From: Macrostomum lignano
Taxonomy: Eukaryota
Assembly: GCA_002269645.1 (NCBI GenBank)
Contig: NIVC01004162.1
Span: 1 to 57,362 of the forward strand
DNA length: 57,362 nucleotides
Reading direction: 5' to 3'
The notes below the pieces were generated by a model that saw nothing but the letters and a program-made list of their open reading frames with translations, made no database searches and had not been told where the DNA came from. Every line of letters begins with the position of its first letter. The first letter of the stretch is position 1. This document shows, piece by piece, positions 52,101 through 57,362 of the stretch. The translations under genes and the position numbers were made by a program.

Positions 52101-55100
52101 AGGTTTCAACTCGAGGAGGGGCTCTCGAGACTCGACAGTAACACCGCTTGACTCTGCAGAGACGCTTCCGACCACATTCGATGCTGTTACTCGAGTAAAG
52201 TAGGTCTGAAGCGTAATCAAACAGAAGAGACATAATTTCAATGAATGAAACCATTTCGAGTCTGAATCGAACGACTGTGTATAAGCTTGCCTTGAATACA
52301 TCCAACTTGAGTCCGTCAAACTGATGTCGAGTTGCATTTGAAGGGAGGGTCACAGATGCGAGCTCCTTGTGCTGAGAATCCACAACCGAAACATGGAACT
52401 CGTTTGCGAATTTGAATCCGGTCCATCGCGACCTTAGCGAGTCCGATCGCAGCTGATACTGAATGTCGTGTGGTGTCTAAAATTGAGAATGTCAGTGTTT
52501 TGTTCGTGTACTCAGAATTCACGCTAAAAATACACAACTGGTATCTTTTAGGCTATCAAAGTACCACTTTACCCCGAGCATTGAGTCCGAGTCGATACTC
52601 GGATCCTCGTCAGTAACGAAACCGACACTGGGAAGTCGGTTGTTATGTACAATTGGCTCAGCGAATGCAACAGTTCTTAGCTGAGCTTCATTGGTGCATC
52701 GAATGGACACGTAGTATGTGTGATCGCCGATTAAACTCCAGTCAAGCTGGCTCAGCTCCAGAGATGCGCAAGTCACTGGCGTGTGACTGTGACTGCACTC
52801 AGGTCCTTGCTTGACCCTCTCGAAATGAACAATGTCTGTAGAGTGCTCCTTGCTGCCTATAAAATTAAACCATGAGAACTAAGCGATGCATTGCCTTAAT
52901 CTCCAGTATGAGATAACAGATTGACAGACACTAACCGACTCCGATCTCAAACTCGAGCGACTCGGACTCCGGATCTACGAAGTCGCCCGCATCCCAACGG
53001 ACTAACAAGTGCTCATTGTTGGTACTGACGGACAATGAGCCCGAGAAGCTCGGTGGACTGGTGTCTACAGTCAGTGGTCCGACACTCTAAAATGATACGA
53101 ACAAACATTCACCGTTTCATAGCAAGCAGTCTAGATAAGTTGCAGTGTAAATCTCACCATGTTTGACGACAGTCCCGCCTGTTTACTGCCGCTATTGTCA
53201 AGTAGATCTGCTGACCATCTTTCAAATCAATGTGGTCGAGAATTTCGCTAGAGTGTGTCGTGACTACGCGATTGGCAAGATCAGACACGAGTCCTCGTTG
53301 CTCACTACTGACACGATGGAGTGCCTCAGTCCGGAAACACTGTCGGAGGCAATCCAGCTTAGTTTCAGCTGAAATGCAGTGCCTGCTCTCTGATAAGAAG
53401 CTTCTTCTCAAAAATACTCAGCAATACACGCGCCTTACCCTGTCGTCCTTGGTGAGATAGAACTCAGTTCCAGCTGGTCCGATTTGCTCACAGAACTCTC
53501 CTTCGTGAGTGAGCACTACAGTGCGATTGAACTTGCTGAGATCAAGTGCCAGAACTCCGCTGTCCGCCATCACGGTTGCTCGAGCTCTGAAAAAGAGACG
53601 CTTTCCATTATTAAGACCTCTAGCACAGGGCTAATTAGCAGACTGTTGGCTCTACCTGCACGTCTCGTTAACGTTTAGAAGTTTCTGTCTGCGACCAAGG
53701 TCGGTCAGGTACCAGAGCTCCTGCGAGCTGGCGTCCAGGATGAGTCCTGGACGGACTCGAAGACTCTCGATGCTCAACTGGCTCACTTCTGGCCTTTGAT
53801 CCGTGATCAGGACTCCGTCAGAGCACACAGCGGCAGATGGCTCCATCGCGTTGTTGAAAGCGACTACCGTGACGAAGTACCGACCAGGACCAGGAGCCTC
53901 CCAGCTCGCCTCAAGACCCGTCGTCTCTTGTATGAGTTGCGACTCTGACTGACAGGATACTCCGAAGCCGTATCTGTACATTCGTACTCCGCTCTCGGGA
54001 TCAAAGAAGCCGCTCCAGTGCGCCGTCAGGTGTCGCCCGTTCTGGAAGTCGACCTCTTCATCGCCAGGCGCGCCGTCGAACACGTGGCCAGGATGAGGAG
54101 CAGACAAATCGATGCTAATCTTCATCACGCTGCTCGCGACCAACTCCGCTCCGTTTGTAACTGTGAGTCGAATGTGCAAATCGTGGTTGTGCTCCGTTGT
54201 GGCATTTGTGTTTGGCGATGCCGCAAAGAATGAGTTGTAGCAGCCAGTAGCTTGAGTGCAGTAGCAGTTGTCTGGTCTCTCGGAATCTCTTTGGCACAGC
54301 TGGAAGCAATCCGGCACTTACAAATCATTTGCCTACAGTCATTTTTTAATAAGCTTTCTTACCGTAAGACTGTCGAAATGTCTCCGTCCTTCCATGTTGG
54401 AGTACATCTGCACAATCTCGTCAGTGTGGTTGTCGAAGATCTCCCACAGCACAGTGTGCAAGCCGCTGTGCAAGTCGGACGCGGTCCAGTGAGCTCTACA
54501 AACGGGGCAAAAATGTCATGGCACTCGAGTCCATATCAGCAGTTTTTGCATTCAAACGGACTCACCTCAAACTGTGTAGGTCTCTGCTGTGGTGCACAAC
54601 GAGCCCTCGACGCCTCTGTTAGTCAGACTGAGCGTCCCTAACTCGGCAGGTGAGGAGTCGATGTGCATGAGGAAGCTGTTCACACGGCTGTTGCCCATCA
54701 CATCCTCGCCAATCACCCAGAACTTTGCTGACTCGCCGTCTCGTCTATCGAAGCGAAAGCTCTGCATCTGGGCGTGAATGTCGGTGGTGGTGAGCCACCG
54801 GCTTTGATCCGGCTGTTGCAGACTGCGACCACCGACCGCGTCCACTCCGAACTGGGACGCGAAGTGCACGAACTCCGTGCACGTTGTCGATCGGGTGGAT
54901 GCTCCGAGGTCCGGAAGTCTGATCGTAGCCGTCACCGTAGAACTCCGGCACATGCTCGATCGGTAGCAGAAAGCCTTGACCTGTGTGCACCTCGTTGATC
55001 AGGTTGTCCGTCCATCGGAACGCGACGTCTCCGTCAAGCCGTCGAAGCCACCACAGTCCTCTATTGTTGACGGTATCGTCTACACCGAGAGGATAGCGCT

Positions 55101-57362
55101 CGTCCCTGCTTTCCACGCTCGACGAGTTATCAAAGATAAAGAAGCGTCTGCTGCGTCTCACATTCTTGATCGAGTTCCTGACCGCATCGCGCACCGTCAC
55201 CACAACAGTGTAGACCGACGGCTCGTCGGGAGGCAAGTCAAAGTGAACACTGAACTCTCGGTTTCCGCCATTTCGTCTCTCTTCCTCGCCCTCGCCATTC
55301 AAATCAATGATTTTGTGCTCAGAGCCCGCCATCTCGTTCTCCTTCAGCACCTCTCCGACTTTGTGCATGAGCTTGAGCTCAATGTCGTACTGCAGCACTC
55401 CAGCGTGATCGTCTCTCCAGCCTCCGAATTTACCGTTGATTTGATTCTATAAAAGTACGTTAGCGCATTCTTAGATATGTTTCAACGATCAAAATCATGT
55501 CATTTCAAGCCTCATACCTGCTTGGTGAAGGCTTCGCTAAGCTCAAGCATTCGCTGGTCGAATGGCTGAGTGCAGGGTCGAGCTCCGTGTCCCGCCACTG
55601 TGCAGTGGTACGGCAGGCTGTAGTCAAACACGAATGTTCCAGCCTGAGTAAACGACTCTCCGGTGAGAAATCTCGGATGCGTGGCTCCTCCGGCGTCGAG
55701 GTCAGCGACAGTGACGAAGCCGCCGTTGTACACCGAGTACGTGTACTTGAGCGAGTGTCCGGACTGCAGCTGCCAGCCGGCCGGAGGCAGCTGGTTCAGC
55801 TGTCCGGTAAAGGCGCGTTCTGCGAGCTTCGGGTTAGACGGACTGATCCCAGTCTCTTCCAGAGGACCGATCGAGTTGTCGGGAAAATTCTCTGCAATGA
55901 AGATGCGGCACTAAGCTTACCTAGCCGAAAGTATAGCTAGGTACTGTATGTCCACGTGTGTGAAACTCACGGTTTCCGGACAGCACGAAAACGAAATTTT
56001 CTCGCACAAGGCCGATCTTGTAACCGGACGGTGGGATGAAGTGTTCGCGAGGACCCGGACTGGATATTGTGGGCTTGAAGCGGCTTGTTGCTGTCCACTC
56101 AAGCTGGATTTTCCTGTTTGGAGCTGACAAGGTGAATATTTCAGTGAAAAATAACTGCATTAGCGTATGGCTATCAGATGGCTATTGTTTTGGATCACTT
56201 ACCTGGTTTAGTATTAATATAGTTCACCGAGTTTGGTGATTTATGGAAGTCAATTGTAACATCGTCCTTCGGTGCTGAAAAAATCGTTAGGAAATTTTAT
56301 ATCTTAAAAAAACTATGAATTTCTAAGGCTCCAGGCATCTACCTACTGGTTCCATCCGGAGGAATTCTCACTGTCATTGTCGCAGTCAGTACGTTGGCTT
56401 CGTGACAACTGAAAGTCAATACGGTATGCTAGTATATCCAAGATGAATCTTTTTTTACGTTTTAATTCTGCAAATCCAGGTTGTTCTATTGTGGTTTGTT
56501 TACTTTTTAGACAGTCCCTCGCTCCAGGTGTCGATGTGAAGCCGGCATCGCACTGGCACTCCGTGTGATACCCGTTGCACACGCCTGGAAAGCACAGGTT
56601 GTGCTCTCGCCTCCACGAGCAGGTTTCTGCAGTTTAATTCGAATCTATGACGACTTTATTTTAACCCTCAAATGTTTGTCTTAGGCTTTGGTAAACTATT
56701 ACCTATAGGTGGAATTCCATACGGAACTTATCCGAGCCCAAAGTGTCAGACCGAACTAGAAGGTCTCTTCTCAGGAGGGGGCAGAGTAGCTCAGGTGTTA
56801 ATACGTGACTTTCGCATGTTTCCATACAAGGATCACGAGGGCGAAACCTCAAGGCACAGACAGTGTTCACGACAGAGAAAGTCTTGGCAGTTGTAACAGC
56901 CTGTATGAGCACGTGCCACTATAGGTATGTCTCATATGTGCTCAGGACTCAGCGCAATCAAAGTACCGTATCAGATACTTGCTGTCTCGCTCTTTGGCAG
57001 CTCTCCAAAGGTCCCCTCAATGTTCAGTTTTTTATAACAAGCTCATGGTTGAGCCGTGAAAGCGAGGCCTAATTTTAACTCACCAATGCAAGCCTTCCGA
57101 TCGCTACTCAGCTTGTACGCCTGACCCTTTGGTCCGTGATCGAACATGCAAATCTGGCAGGTCATCGTCTCTATCGCGCTCGGCAAATGCGTGCAGTAAG
57201 TCAGCGCGCAGAATGGAACTTGTGGACACACTGAAATTGGGTTTACGTACGGATCGTATGTCTCTGCATGCACGTTTCTGTGGCTTTTAAATGAAGCTTT
57301 ACACAAGCTATGAGCCACCACTCACAGTCGCAGCGGGGACTGTAGTGAGTCGGATTGCAGTT
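43113..57362 (-). CDS. 3' portion of a giant multi-exon extracellular protein with many FN3/Ig-like repeats and EGF-like modules (5' end outside the window)
   Basis: Recurrent DxTPP..G.V.DG...D.D...W.GF.DPESGI..Y motif in more than 10 exons; EGF-like Cys exons at about 56350-56620 and 57070-57300; NPSFE sugar-binding-like insert near 46770; last exons 45522-45134 and 43381-43113 splice in frame. Not all internal exon boundaries were resolved. Confidence 0.8.
43671..45085. repeat. 18-bp-based complex minisatellite (GGTTGCATTTG(G/T)GTTTGT) in the last intron of the giant gene
   Basis: Variant units arranged in larger duplicated blocks; accounts for the many low-complexity ORFs here. Confidence 0.95.

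Overview
Eukaryotic (invertebrate) genomic DNA. A flatworm such as Macrostomum is a guess from gene style only. The centrepiece is a complete 16,717-bp Polinton/Maverick (adintovirus-like) element at 11757-28473, with 257-bp terminal inverted repeats and a perfect 6-bp target-site duplication (GAACTC). It encodes penton, major capsid, packaging ATPase, adenain protease, protein-primed PolB, rve integrase, a pX-like protein, a parvovirus-type PLA2 and a RING protein. PolB and ATPase are frameshifted, and one gene is split by a 747-bp MITE. The element's left non-coding region holds a type I hammerhead ribozyme with Pol III A/B-box-like motifs, followed by an array of 34-bp palindromes. The element sits in an intron of a minus-strand DEG/ENaC channel gene (4841-31232, about 968 aa, splices in frame across 10 exons) whose extracellular loop carries kringle-WSC-kringle modules and whose selectivity filter reads G-I-F. 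Also present: the last exon of a GnRH-receptor-like GPCR, a decayed Ty3/Gypsy pol fragment, a small secreted Cys-rich peptide gene, a tRNA-derived SINE relic, a two-exon Su(H)/RBPJ gene, the 3' part of a giant FN3/Ig-repeat protein gene, and several minisatellites. All family calls come from motif recognition by eye; no database search was run.
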